DNA from: a virus
Lineage: Duplodnaviria; Caudoviricetes
Strand: one strand, 5' to 3'
DNA length: 64,000 nucleotides
IMG/VR virus record: IMGVR_UViG_3300025740_000004
Span: 1-64,000 of that record
In this document: positions 38,688 through 47,981 of the stretch, piece by piece
Layout: each line of letters opens with the position of its first letter
Numbering within the stretch: position 1 is the stretch's first letter
Program-made: the position numbers and the translations under genes
Notes under the pieces: model-generated
Seen by the model: only the letters and a program-made list of their open reading frames with translations
Told to the model about the DNA's origin: nothing
The model's database searches: none

Positions 38688-41608
38688 GAACGTTTAAAAA
38701 CATTTATTACGACTCTTGGAAAAACAAAATGTATCTTTGGGAATATGACTCGGATACTGATAGAACTGAAATGAAAGAATTTGATCATGAAATTGAATAT
38801 TATGTTTTAGATAAATCTGGAAAGAGTTCTATAAAAAGTATCTATGGTGATCCTGTAATAAGAAGAGTCACAAAGTCTAAAGATAAATTAAAAGAACTTA
38901 AAGAATCTGGGGAAAAATTATTCGAATCAGATCTATCAGAAGAAGTTAAATTTCTACATAAAAGATATGATCCTGAAGAAGATTTATTAGTTGATTATAA
39001 TAAATTCGTTATAGCAAATATAGATATAGAAATTCAAACAGAAGGAGTATTTCCAAAACCTGAAGAAGCTCTATTTCCAATTAATCTAGTAACAATTCAA
39101 TTATTAAGAACTGGAGAAATTTATACTCTAGGCTTGAATCCATATACAGGAAATAAATTAGATAAATCTGTAAATTACCTTCATTGTAAATCTGAAGAAC
39201 AATTAATACAAAATCTATGTAAAATATTAAAACACAAAAAAGTTACCTCTATCACTGGTTGGAATACGAGTGGTGATTTAGGTGGTTTTGATATTCCTTA
39301 TATAGTAAATCGTATCGAAAGACTTAATCTAGATTGTTCCTTATCACCTATGAATAAACATATTAAAAAATATAATGGTGATATAGAAATTCCTGGTATT
39401 GCAGATTTTGATTTACTAAAACTTTATAAGAAATATACATATGTAAATCAACCATCATATTCTCTAAACTATATTGGACTCTTAGAAGTAAATGAAGGAA
39501 AGTTAGATACTGAAGGTTCTATCCAAGACTTATGGAAAAGAGATTGGAATTTATTTGTAGAGTATAATATTCAAGACGTTTTACTAGTTTCTAAAATTGA
39601 AAAGAAAAAGAAATTAATAGAACAAGCAATTAACTTCTATACTCTTACTAGAACTCCTCCAAATAAAGTATGTTCTACTGTGGCAGTTGCTGAAGGATAT
39701 ATTAAAAAATTCTTGATGAGAAGAAATTTAGTAATCCCAAATAGAAAAGAAATTACTTCAAATGAAAAAATTAAAGGAGCTTTCGTATCAGCTATTCCAG
39801 GATTTTATCTATACTCAATTAATATAGATGCTACAAGTCTTTATCCTTCTTTAATGAGACAATTTAATATCAGTCCAGAAACTCAAAGACTCTATCCAAA
39901 AGATATTGAAGGACTTATTAAAACAAATATGGATGGATTGTATTATATAAAAGAACAAGGCATCATTCCAGAAATTGTTACGGAAATGTTTAACCTAAGA
40001 AAGTATCACAAAGAATTGGCATCAAAATATGAATTAGAAGGAGATGTAGAAAAATTTGAATATCATGATTCACAACAATTAATTTATAAAATTTTCATCA
40101 ACTCAATCTATGGGGCTTTTCTAGAAAAAAGTTTTCATTTCTTTGATATTAATAATGGATCTTGTATTACATCAATGGGAAGAGAAATTATTCAATATGT
40201 TGCAAAAAATGTAAATAATTTTCTTATAAATGAATTTCCTACATTTGCAAAACAACATTATCCCAACTTTAAAAATAGTATCACAAAAAAGAATAAAATT
40301 TCGGTTATAGATACGGATTCGGTCGCTGGTTCTTCTTTAATAAATACTGATAGTGGTGATATTAAGATAGAGGATATATTCGATAACTATTCATATAATA
40401 AACAAGAAAAATCTCAAGATAATTTTATAGCATCTGTAGATAATTTAAAAACATTATCATTCAATAAAGATACTAAAAAGTCTGAATATAAAGATATAAA
40501 ATATATTAAGAAACATAAAGTTAAAAAAAGATTATTCAAAGTCAAACATATGAATGATGAAGTTATAGTTACAGAAGATCATTCTATAATAATTGAACGT
40601 AACGGAAAATACTTAGATATATCAGTAAAAGATTTAATCAAAGGAGATAAAATAATAAAATCTTCTTTAATACATTCTAATGATTTTGAAATTAAAGATT
40701 TGGGAATTCAAGAAGAATGGGTTTATGATATTGAAGTAGATAATAATCATAACTTTTTTGCAAACAATATCTTAGTACATAATTCAAATTATATTAATCT
40801 TGAAGAAATTTTTATATCATGTAATACTGGATTAGATTTCCTACATTTTACTTTAGACTTTGAGGAAAAAATCCTACAGCCTTTCTTGAATAAAATTATG
40901 AAAGAATTTGCAGAAAAATATGACACAGAAAATCTTATTCAATTCAAAAGAGAAAAGATAATTCTAAAACAATATGTGCAATGTAAAAAGAAATATATAA
41001 CACAAATTATAGCAAACGAAAAGAAAATCTATAAAGAACCTATAGTGAAAATTACAGGAATCGAACTTAATAAATCAGATCTTTGTAAATTCTCTAAAGA
41101 TAGTCTTGGTAAACTTTGTGAAATAATGTTCCAAGGAGAAAGGCCAAATAAACAAAATATGCTAAATCATATCCGACAAGCATTTAATGAATTCAAAACT
41201 CATAATATAAATGAAATATCTACCCCAAAAGGTGTTAAAGATTATGATGCATATAGCATAGAACTTGATCAATCTTATTCAAATTTCAAACCACATACAC
41301 CAATTCATAATAGAGCTTCCATCATTTATAACCAAACTATAAAAGATAATAATCTACCATATATGGAAATCTTTAATGGAACTAAATTGAAATATATCTA
41401 TACAAAAGAAAATAATAAGTATAAATCAAATATCATAGGATTTATAGGAAACTATCCAAAAGAATTCGAATCAATTTTTACTATAGATTATGAAGAACAA
41501 TTTAACACTCAGTATCTAAATATCGCCCAAAGATTCTTCGATACTCTAGGTTTTGGACAAGTTACCCTAAAAGATTCTAAACTATTGAGGCTAATTGAAG
41601 AGGAATAA
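38684..41608 (+). CDS. gp43: Family B DNA polymerase (T4 gp43-like), intein-containing
   Basis: DIE, FDIPY, YNIQDV exonuclease motifs. DATSLYPS, KIFINSIYG, DTD/S, KKKY polymerase motifs. Confidence 0.96.
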   Translation: MRTFKNIYYDSWKNKMYLWEYDSDTDRTEMKEFDHEIEYYVLDKSGKSSIKSIYGDPVIRRVTKSKDKLKELKESGEKLFESDLSEEVKFLHKRYDPEEDLLVDYNKFVIANIDIEIQTEGVFPKPEEALFPINLVTIQLLRTGEIYTLGLNPYTGNKLDKSVNYLHCKSEEQLIQNLCKILKHKKVTSITGWNTSGDLGGFDIPYIVNRIERLNLDCSLSPMNKHIKKYNGDIEIPGIADFDLLKLYKKYTYVNQPSYSLNYIGLLEVNEGKLDTEGSIQDLWKRDWNLFVEYNIQDVLLVSKIEKKKKLIEQAINFYTLTRTPPNKVCSTVAVAEGYIKKFLMRRNLVIPNRKEITSNEKIKGAFVSAIPGFYLYSINIDATSLYPSLMRQFNISPETQRLYPKDIEGLIKTNMDGLYYIKEQGIIPEIVTEMFNLRKYHKELASKYELEGDVEKFEYHDSQQLIYKIFINSIYGAFLEKSFHFFDINNGSCITSMGREIIQYVAKNVNNFLINEFPTFAKQHYPNFKNSITKKNKISVIDTDSVAGSSLINTDSGDIKIEDIFDNYSYNKQEKSQDNFIASVDNLKTLSFNKDTKKSEYKDIKYIKKHKVKKRLFKVKHMNDEVIVTEDHSIIIERNGKYLDISVKDLIKGDKIIKSSLIHSNDFEIKDLGIQEEWVYDIEVDNNHNFFANNILVHNSNYINLEEIFISCNTGLDFLHFTLDFEEKILQPFLNKIMKEFAEKYDTENLIQFKREKIILKQYVQCKKKYITQIIANEKKIYKEPIVKITGIELNKSDLCKFSKDSLGKLCEIMFQGERPNKQNMLNHIRQAFNEFKTHNINEISTPKGVKDYDAYSIELDQSYSNFKPHTPIHNRASIIYNQTIKDNNLPYMEIFNGTKLKYIYTKENNKYKSNIIGFIGNYPKEFESIFTIDYEEQFNTQYLNIAQRFFDTLGFGQVTLKDSKLLRLIEEE
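40319..40783 (+). mobile_element. Mini-intein (155 aa) in polymerase motif C
   Basis: DTD|SVAGSSLI...VTEDHS...VYDIEVDNNHNFFANNILVHN|S. No endonuclease domain. Confidence 0.93.
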
Positions 41609-41676
41609 ATATAGTTGATCTATGGAAATTCTATTAGATCATTTCTAAAAATCATAATAAAACATAAAGGAAAAAT

Positions 41677-42819
41677 ATGGCAAAAGAAAAAGTATTAGGA
41701 AACAATTTGAATAAAGCTTCAAATTTGATGGAAAGATTATTAAAAAATAGTACACTAAAACATGCTGCAAGACTTGACGAATCTGAAATATTAAATGAAA
41801 TTCCAGCAGTCCCGACAAGAATTCCGATGTTAAATTTGGCACTTAATGGAAGAATTGATGGTGGAATCGAACGTGGACTTACAATGTTAGCAGGTCCGTC
41901 TAAAAGTTTCAAGACAAGTTTTTCGCTAGAAATGATTTCGGCGTATTTAAAAGCAAAACCAAACGCGGTATGTTTATTTTTTGATGGAGAATTTGGTGCT
42001 AAGAAATCATATTTTGAACAATTTGATGTACCAACCCACAAAATCCTACATTTGCCGTTCGAAAATATCGAGGAATTAAAATTTGAAATGGCAAATCAGT
42101 TAACAAATGTGGAATTGGGAGAAGATGTTATATGTTTTGTGGATAGTATTGGTAATGCTGCTTCAAAAAAAGAAGTTGAAGATAGCATTGATCAAAAGTC
42201 TGTCGCAGACCTTTCGAGAGCAAAATCGCTTGCTAGTTTATTTAGAATTATTACTCCAAAGTTATATCTTAAAAGAATTCCTTGTATTATTGTTAATCAT
42301 ACAATGAAGACGATGGATTTTTATCCTGTCGATTTGCCGAAAGGAGGAAATGGAGGAATCTATAGTTCGAATACTATTTGGCTAATTGGTAAAAATAAAC
42401 TTAAGGAAAAGGAAGAACATACTGGTTATAAATTTCTAATCAAGATGTATAAGAGTAGAGATATTAAAGATAATGCTATGTTTCCAATTACCGTAAGATT
42501 TGAAGGCGGTATTGCTAAATGGTCTGGATTAGATGAATTAGCATTACAATTAGGTATTATTGAAAAATGTAAAGAAGGAAGATCATCGGCATATCAATAT
42601 CAATCAATTAGTGGGGAAATTTTTAAGGTTTTAGAAAAGGATGTTGATGTTGATGATGCATTTTGGGAAAGGATTTTTAAGGAAACTGATTTTCAATATA
42701 GAGTAGAATGTTTATATCAATTTGGAAAACACTCTGAAGATAAAGTTCATTTCGATTCTTCTGAAGTCGATGAAATTATTAAAAATGCTGTAGTAATTGA
42801 TTTGAATAAACCAGAATAA
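41677..42819 (+). CDS. uvsX: RecA-like recombinase UvsX
   Basis: LAGPSKSFKT, DSIGNAASKKE, SRAK.L.SLFRIITP. Confidence 0.93.
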   Translation: MAKEKVLGNNLNKASNLMERLLKNSTLKHAARLDESEILNEIPAVPTRIPMLNLALNGRIDGGIERGLTMLAGPSKSFKTSFSLEMISAYLKAKPNAVCLFFDGEFGAKKSYFEQFDVPTHKILHLPFENIEELKFEMANQLTNVELGEDVICFVDSIGNAASKKEVEDSIDQKSVADLSRAKSLASLFRIITPKLYLKRIPCIIVNHTMKTMDFYPVDLPKGGNGGIYSSNTIWLIGKNKLKEKEEHTGYKFLIKMYKSRDIKDNAMFPITVRFEGGIAKWSGLDELALQLGIIEKCKEGRSSAYQYQSISGEIFKVLEKDVDVDDAFWERIFKETDFQYRVECLYQFGKHSEDKVHFDSSEVDEIIKNAVVIDLNKPE

Positions 42820-42921
42820 AATATTTCTAATATAGGGTCTATTTTTTAATTTTTATAGACCTTATATTAGATCTTAAAAATTAATTAAAGACTTATCGGA
42901 TAAATTAAATTTCTAAAGGTC

Positions 42922-42950
42922 TTGACTCTTGAAATTAAAGATTGTAAGAT
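42922..42950 (+). promoter_or_regulatory. Sigma70-like promoter with ATTAAA spacer element (helicase operon)
   Basis: TTGAC-tcttgaa-ATTAAA-gattg-TAAGAT. Confidence 0.7.
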
Positions 42951-42972
42951 ATGTATATAAGAGGTGCGATAA

Positions 42973-44358
42973 GTGCAAGAAGAATTTACTAAAGCATTAT
43001 ATGAGAAGTTATTAATTCAGTACATGTTTAATAATGAGAGAGTTCGAGAAAAGTTAGTTCCGTTTTTAGATAGTTCTGTATTTTTTTATCAAATGAATTC
43101 TCAGGTTATTGAAAGTATTTTAGGATTTATAAAGAGTCATGAACATTTTCCTAGAATTAATGAGATGAAGTTATATATAAAATCTAATGAATTATATGAA
43201 CATTTGATGGAGATAATGAATACTGATTCTTCTGAATATGATGAGGAATTTATTTTAGGAGAGTTAGAGGAATTTTACAGGAAGAGTTTGATTTCAAAAG
43301 TTATTATAGAATCTCATGAAAAGTTAAATAAAGATTCTAATGAGATGCAGGATTTACCGGATGAGTTATTGAATGCATTATCATTTACTTTTGATACTAA
43401 TATTGGAACTTCTTTAATAGATGATGAAGATAAGTTTTTTGAACAGCTTCACAATAAAGAAAATTTCATACCGACTAATATAAAGACATTGGATAGATTA
43501 ATTGATGGTGGATGTCATGAGAAGACTTTGAATGGAATTTTGGCTGGAACTGGTGTAGGAAAGAGTTTAGCATTATGTTCTTTAGCATGTAATTTTATTT
43601 TACAGAACAAGAATGTATTATATATTACTTTAGAGATGAGTGAGCAGAAGATTCAAGAAAGAATTTTAGCTAACTTATTTGATATAGAAATCTCATCTTT
43701 AAAGAATCTTTCTAAAGCTCAATATAAAGAATATTACAAAACATTAAAGAATAGAATTAAAGCAAATTTACATATTGTAGAGTATCCAGAGAAAACAATT
43801 TCAGCAAATAGAATTGATGCGATTGTTAAAGAATTCCAGACAAAGAAGAATATAAAGTTTGATGTCTTAGTTTTAGATTATATGGCATTGATGTGTACAA
43901 ATACTAAAATGAGAGATGTAAATTCTTATCATGAACTAGGATTGATTTCACAAGAATTGAGAGGATGTGCTAAAAAACATTCATTTCCAGTATGGACGGC
44001 CTACCAATCCAACAGAGGAAATATGACAAAAATTGACATCGAAATTGACAGTATTGCCGAAAGTTCAAAAATTCTTCATACATTAGATTTATTATTTGCA
44101 TTAACTTCTTCAGATGAGTTGAGAGAAGCTGGAAAATATAAAGCAACAATTTTGAAGAATAGATATGGCACTCCAAATTTTTCATTTTATGTTGGTGTAG
44201 ATTATCCGAAAATGAGGATATTTGATTTGGAAGATGAATTAAGTAAGCAAGAAATTTACAAGCCAAAATCAGTTGTAGATGAAGCTGCTGTAGAAGTTTT
44301 GAAAACGATGCAATCAAATGTAAATGAAAAAAGAAAGAAAATTACAGGAATAGAATAA
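42973..44358 (+). CDS. gp41: Replicative DnaB-like helicase, T4 gp41-like
   Basis: LAGTGVGKS, YITLEMSE, LDYM, ELRG, Q.NR, LKNRYG. Confidence 0.93.
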   Translation: MQEEFTKALYEKLLIQYMFNNERVREKLVPFLDSSVFFYQMNSQVIESILGFIKSHEHFPRINEMKLYIKSNELYEHLMEIMNTDSSEYDEEFILGELEEFYRKSLISKVIIESHEKLNKDSNEMQDLPDELLNALSFTFDTNIGTSLIDDEDKFFEQLHNKENFIPTNIKTLDRLIDGGCHEKTLNGILAGTGVGKSLALCSLACNFILQNKNVLYITLEMSEQKIQERILANLFDIEISSLKNLSKAQYKEYYKTLKNRIKANLHIVEYPEKTISANRIDAIVKEFQTKKNIKFDVLVLDYMALMCTNTKMRDVNSYHELGLISQELRGCAKKHSFPVWTAYQSNRGNMTKIDIEIDSIAESSKILHTLDLLFALTSSDELREAGKYKATILKNRYGTPNFSFYVGVDYPKMRIFDLEDELSKQEIYKPKSVVDEAAVEVLKTMQSNVNEKRKKITGIE

Positions 44359-44367
44359 GGAACAATT

Positions 44368-44769
44368 ATGGACAATTTAACAGAATTTTATCAACCATCT
44401 CTTACACCAAAACGTGAGAACAATTTCGAAAAGAATACTGAGAATGATATTGTGAGATCATGTTTGAAGACAAGATTTTTCGATAAACTTTCTTTAGAAA
44501 ATTTAGATTTAGATATTGTTTCTAATGGTAAGAGAAATAGAAATGAGCAGTTTCATAGATTTAATTTATTCATTAAGATGATGTATGAGAAACATAGAAT
44601 TTTAATGCATGATATGGTACAGTTTTTAGAAGAAGATTGGTTTGATTATAAGTCTGTTTTGCAATGTTTAAATGAAGAAAATTATTTTATTTTAAGAGAA
44701 GAGTTGCAGATAAAGTATCATAGAAAACAAAAAAGAAGCAAATTAGAATTATTGATTGAGGAAGAATGA
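44368..44769 (+). CDS. Hypothetical protein, possibly gp33-like late coactivator
   Basis: Synteny with the T4 33-59-32 block and size. Sequence resemblance is weak. Confidence 0.35.
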   Translation: MDNLTEFYQPSLTPKRENNFEKNTENDIVRSCLKTRFFDKLSLENLDLDIVSNGKRNRNEQFHRFNLFIKMMYEKHRILMHDMVQFLEEDWFDYKSVLQCLNEENYFILREELQIKYHRKQKRSKLELLIEEE

Positions 44770-45323
44770 CAGAAGCTAAATTAGATCATTTTTACATATT
44801 CTATACAAAAGTAAAAAAAGCATTAGATGGATATAAAGTAAAATGGGATTTTCAAAAAGGAATTGTTGGAAAAAGAAGTATTCCGTGGATTGTTAAAAAA
44901 CTTACGGAATTTTATGCATGTTACAGATCTAATCATTTTACAGAACTAGATTTTCAACTTTATTTTTTAGAGAATGTATTAAAGAATGAGAAATTTTTAG
45001 AAAATTGCAGTCTATGGAATGTTAGAGATGTGAAAAAGATATCGAGAATAGAAATGACTGAAATGATTGTAAAAGATCAAGAATTCATTTTGAAAGTATC
45101 TAAGAGTTCAGGTGTTAAAGACCCTCAGATATTTTTCGATATAAATAATAATGGAGAGAGTTTGATATCTTCTTTTTATGAGAAGGGACTAATTTCAATC
45201 CATTTTTTGGTAAAGTATTGTATGTACTTTATTGAATCAGAAAACGAGACAGAAAAACACAAAAAACTAGTAAAAATTTCTAAAATAATAAAAGAAATAT
45301 TACAAAACTATAAGGAAAACTAA
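44766..45323 (+). CDS. Hypothetical protein, possibly gp59-like helicase loader
   Basis: Position directly upstream of gp32 and similar size. Weak motif support. Confidence 0.4.
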   Translation: MTEAKLDHFYIFYTKVKKALDGYKVKWDFQKGIVGKRSIPWIVKKLTEFYACYRSNHFTELDFQLYFLENVLKNEKFLENCSLWNVRDVKKISRIEMTEMIVKDQEFILKVSKSSGVKDPQIFFDINNNGESLISSFYEKGLISIHFLVKYCMYFIESENETEKHKKLVKISKIIKEILQNYKEN

Positions 45324-45325
45324 TC

Positions 45326-46237
45326 ATGGCAGTAAGAAAAATTAATTGGGAAAATGTTGCAAGTGAAATGTCAAATGTTGGTAAGAAGCCTGCTTTCGAA
45401 AAGAAGGTTGATGCAAATCTTTACAAGTATAAGGCAAAGAATGGAGAATCTACAGTTCTTCTAAGATTTCTTCCAGCACCTGTAGGAGATATTGAGCTTC
45501 CTTACGCAGAAGTATTTCATCACTCATATAAGAATAATGGGAAACTTCTTTTAGAAAAGTGTCCTCAATCTATGTCTAAGACTAATAAGTGTCCTGTGTG
45601 TGAATATGGAACGAAGCTTTGGAGAAATGGTGACAAGGAAGTTGCGAAGCAATTTTTCCATCAAGTTTCATATTATGTAAATGTTCTTATCATCAATGAC
45701 ATCAATACTCCAGAAAATAATGGAAAGATTTTTGTACTAAAGCTTGGTAAGAGTTTATTCAAGAAGATTAAGGATAAGATGGCTCCTTCAGAAGAGGATA
45801 AGGAACTTGGTGCAACTCCTGTAAATATCTTTGATTATGAAGAAGGTCTTAACTTTAAACTTAAGATTTCTGAAACTCTTATCAAGGAAAAGAGAAATGG
45901 AGAAGAATATTCTTATACTGTTCCTAGATATGATGGCTCAACTTGGGTAGACGTTCCTACAAAGATTGGAATTGATCCTAAGAAGCCTTTTACAGAACAA
46001 GAAATTGAAGAAAAGGTTGAGCAAAATCTTATCCCACTCAAGCCTTATATTTTCGATGATCAGAAGGAATACAGTGCTCTCCAGGAGCGTTTAAACAGGG
46101 TTCTAGGACGTTCTGACGAGTCTGTTGAACATTCCGATGGGTTTGAAAAGACTATGGCTCAAACAAGCTCTGATAAGTATGCAGCAACTAATGAAGACGA
46201 TGACAAGGAATTTCTGAAGAACCTTTTGGGTGGATAA
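45326..46237 (+). CDS. gp32: Single-stranded DNA binding protein, T4 gp32-like
   Basis: LRFLPAP, CP..CPVCE, YYVNVLIIND..PENNGK, FDYEEG.NFKLK, acidic tail. Confidence 0.93.
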   Translation: MAVRKINWENVASEMSNVGKKPAFEKKVDANLYKYKAKNGESTVLLRFLPAPVGDIELPYAEVFHHSYKNNGKLLLEKCPQSMSKTNKCPVCEYGTKLWRNGDKEVAKQFFHQVSYYVNVLIINDINTPENNGKIFVLKLGKSLFKKIKDKMAPSEEDKELGATPVNIFDYEEGLNFKLKISETLIKEKRNGEEYSYTVPRYDGSTWVDVPTKIGIDPKKPFTEQEIEEKVEQNLIPLKPYIFDDQKEYSALQERLNRVLGRSDESVEHSDGFEKTMAQTSSDKYAATNEDDDKEFLKNLLGG

Positions 46238-46257
46238 TTTAGAAATTTAATTTTTGG

Positions 46258-46286
46258 AAAGCTCTGGAGAAATCTGGAGCTTTTTT
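46258..46286 (+). terminator. Intrinsic terminator after gp32
   Basis: AAAGCTC...GAGCTTTTTT. Confidence 0.6.
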
Positions 46287-46306
46287 AATTTTAATTTGAG
46301 AAAGGC

Positions 46307-46335
46307 TTGACAAAACAAATTAAAGGTGTTATTAT
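46307..46335 (+). promoter_or_regulatory. Sigma70-like promoter with ATTAAA spacer element (primase, leaderless)
   Basis: TTGAC-aaaacaa-ATTAAA-ggtgt-TATTAT with the ATG 6 nt downstream. Confidence 0.7.
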
Positions 46336-46341
46336 AAGTTT

Positions 46342-47340
46342 ATGTTAGAACAAGATCCAGAAATTTTATTAAGGTTTGTAGAAAGAGCTATAGAATCTTT
46401 TGATACAAATGCTCATCATTCTAGAAATTATATAAACTTTAAGTGTAATTGTTGTGGTGAAAATAATAGAAGAGATAAGAAAGCATATGTTTTAAAAAAT
46501 AGTTACAAACATAATGATAGGATTACGATATATTGTCATAAAGCAAGTTGTGTATTAAATTCTGGAAAGTCTGGACAAAATTGGTTGAAAGAATTTTTTC
46601 CACAAATGTATTCAGAATATCGTAGAGAATCTTTTCTAAACTTTTGTGAAAAATCTCCTAAGAAGCAAACTGTAAAATATGTAGAAAAAAAGATTGAAGA
46701 AAAAGATGATGTTAAATTTTTCGTTCCTATTCTAAAAGGTGAAGGAGAATTATTTCAAACTGCTATAGAATATTGTGTTTCTAGAAAGCTATCTGAAAAT
46801 GTTTGGAAGAAATTTTTTGTAGCAACTGGTGGATTTTTTCAAGGAAGATTGATTATACCTTTTCTAGATGCTGAAGATAAAATTTATTATTATCAAGGAA
46901 GAACTTTATTAAACTCTAAACCAAAATATTTAAATAGAAGAGTTGGTGATAAGGCTATATATAACATTTTCAATATAGATAAAAGTCTTCCTGTAATTAT
47001 TGTAGAAGGTCCGATTGATTCATCCTTTGTAAAAAATTCTATAGCTATTGTAGGATTGATTGGTAAAAGAATGTCTGAAAATGTTTATGAACAGATTAAA
47101 GACTTGAAGAAATTTTATATGTTAGATAATGATGAAGAGGGTAAGAAAAACTCTATTCAATTATTACAAAATGGTGAGAGAGTTTTTAATTGGACTAGAT
47201 TTTTAAAAGATCATGAAATTGTTGGTAAGATTAAAGATGTGAATGATTTTATTTTAGCTTCTGGAAAGGAGTTTTTAGAATTTAAAGATTTAGAAAAATA
47301 TTTCACGAATGATTATATAGATGTTATATATTTCAAATGA
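46342..47340 (+). CDS. gp61: DNA primase, T4 gp61-like
   Basis: NFKCNCCGE zinc finger, RLIIPF, YQGR, VEGPIDS, DND..G, KDVND. Confidence 0.92.
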   Translation: MLEQDPEILLRFVERAIESFDTNAHHSRNYINFKCNCCGENNRRDKKAYVLKNSYKHNDRITIYCHKASCVLNSGKSGQNWLKEFFPQMYSEYRRESFLNFCEKSPKKQTVKYVEKKIEEKDDVKFFVPILKGEGELFQTAIEYCVSRKLSENVWKKFFVATGGFFQGRLIIPFLDAEDKIYYYQGRTLLNSKPKYLNRRVGDKAIYNIFNIDKSLPVIIVEGPIDSSFVKNSIAIVGLIGKRMSENVYEQIKDLKKFYMLDNDEEGKKNSIQLLQNGERVFNWTRFLKDHEIVGKIKDVNDFILASGKEFLEFKDLEKYFTNDYIDVIYFK

Positions 47341-47563
47341 GGTTTTGATGAATTATGCAGAAGAAATCACAAAACAAGTTACTCAGATAATTTTAGAATC
47401 TGGTGATATAGAAGGCTTTGATGTAGAGTCTTGGGTTAAAAATTGGATAAATTCTCCTACTCCTTGTTTGGGAGGAAGATGTCCTATAGAATTTTTAGAA
47501 GATGAAAAAGGGTATAAGATGATTTCAGATACAATTTCTAGAATCCAAAGCGGAGCATTTTAA
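47321..47563 (+). CDS. Xre/MbcA/ParS-type antitoxin C-terminal domain protein (DUF2384-like)
   Basis: WINSPTPCLGGRCPIEFL..E.G...I...I.RIQSGAF. Confidence 0.75.
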   Translation: MLYISNEVLMNYAEEITKQVTQIILESGDIEGFDVESWVKNWINSPTPCLGGRCPIEFLEDEKGYKMISDTISRIQSGAF

Positions 47564-47648
47564 TGAAAAAATTTGAAGAAAGCGTTTTAGGAAATGTTTT
47601 GTTATTCCCAATTATGATAGGATTATTAATTTTGTTTTGGATCTTTTC

Positions 47649-47981
47649 ATGATCTTTACTAGTAATTTTTCTAAGAATGGTTATAATGAAAATGCTGTTG
47701 CTATTTGTGGAAAGTCTCCTGAATGGTATTTTGGTAAAGAATATAAGAAACTTGCTCCGAAATATTGGTTCTTCAAAAAGTATAAAGAAGATCATGATGA
47801 AGACTTTTATATTAAACATTACTATGCAGAAGTTTTATCACAATTAGATCCTAAGAAAGTTTATGAAGAACTTGATGGAAAGATTTTATTATGTTATGAA
47901 AAAGAAACCGATTTTTGTCATAGATTTTTAGTAGCAGATTGGTTAGAATATAATTTAGGAATTGAGGTAAAAGAAATATGA
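47649..47981 (+). CDS. DUF488-like protein
   Basis: IFTSNF, P.WY.G.EYKKLAP, LLCYEK..DFCHRFLVA.WL. Confidence 0.7.
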   Translation: MIFTSNFSKNGYNENAVAICGKSPEWYFGKEYKKLAPKYWFFKKYKEDHDEDFYIKHYYAEVLSQLDPKKVYEELDGKILLCYEKETDFCHRFLVADWLEYNLGIEVKEI

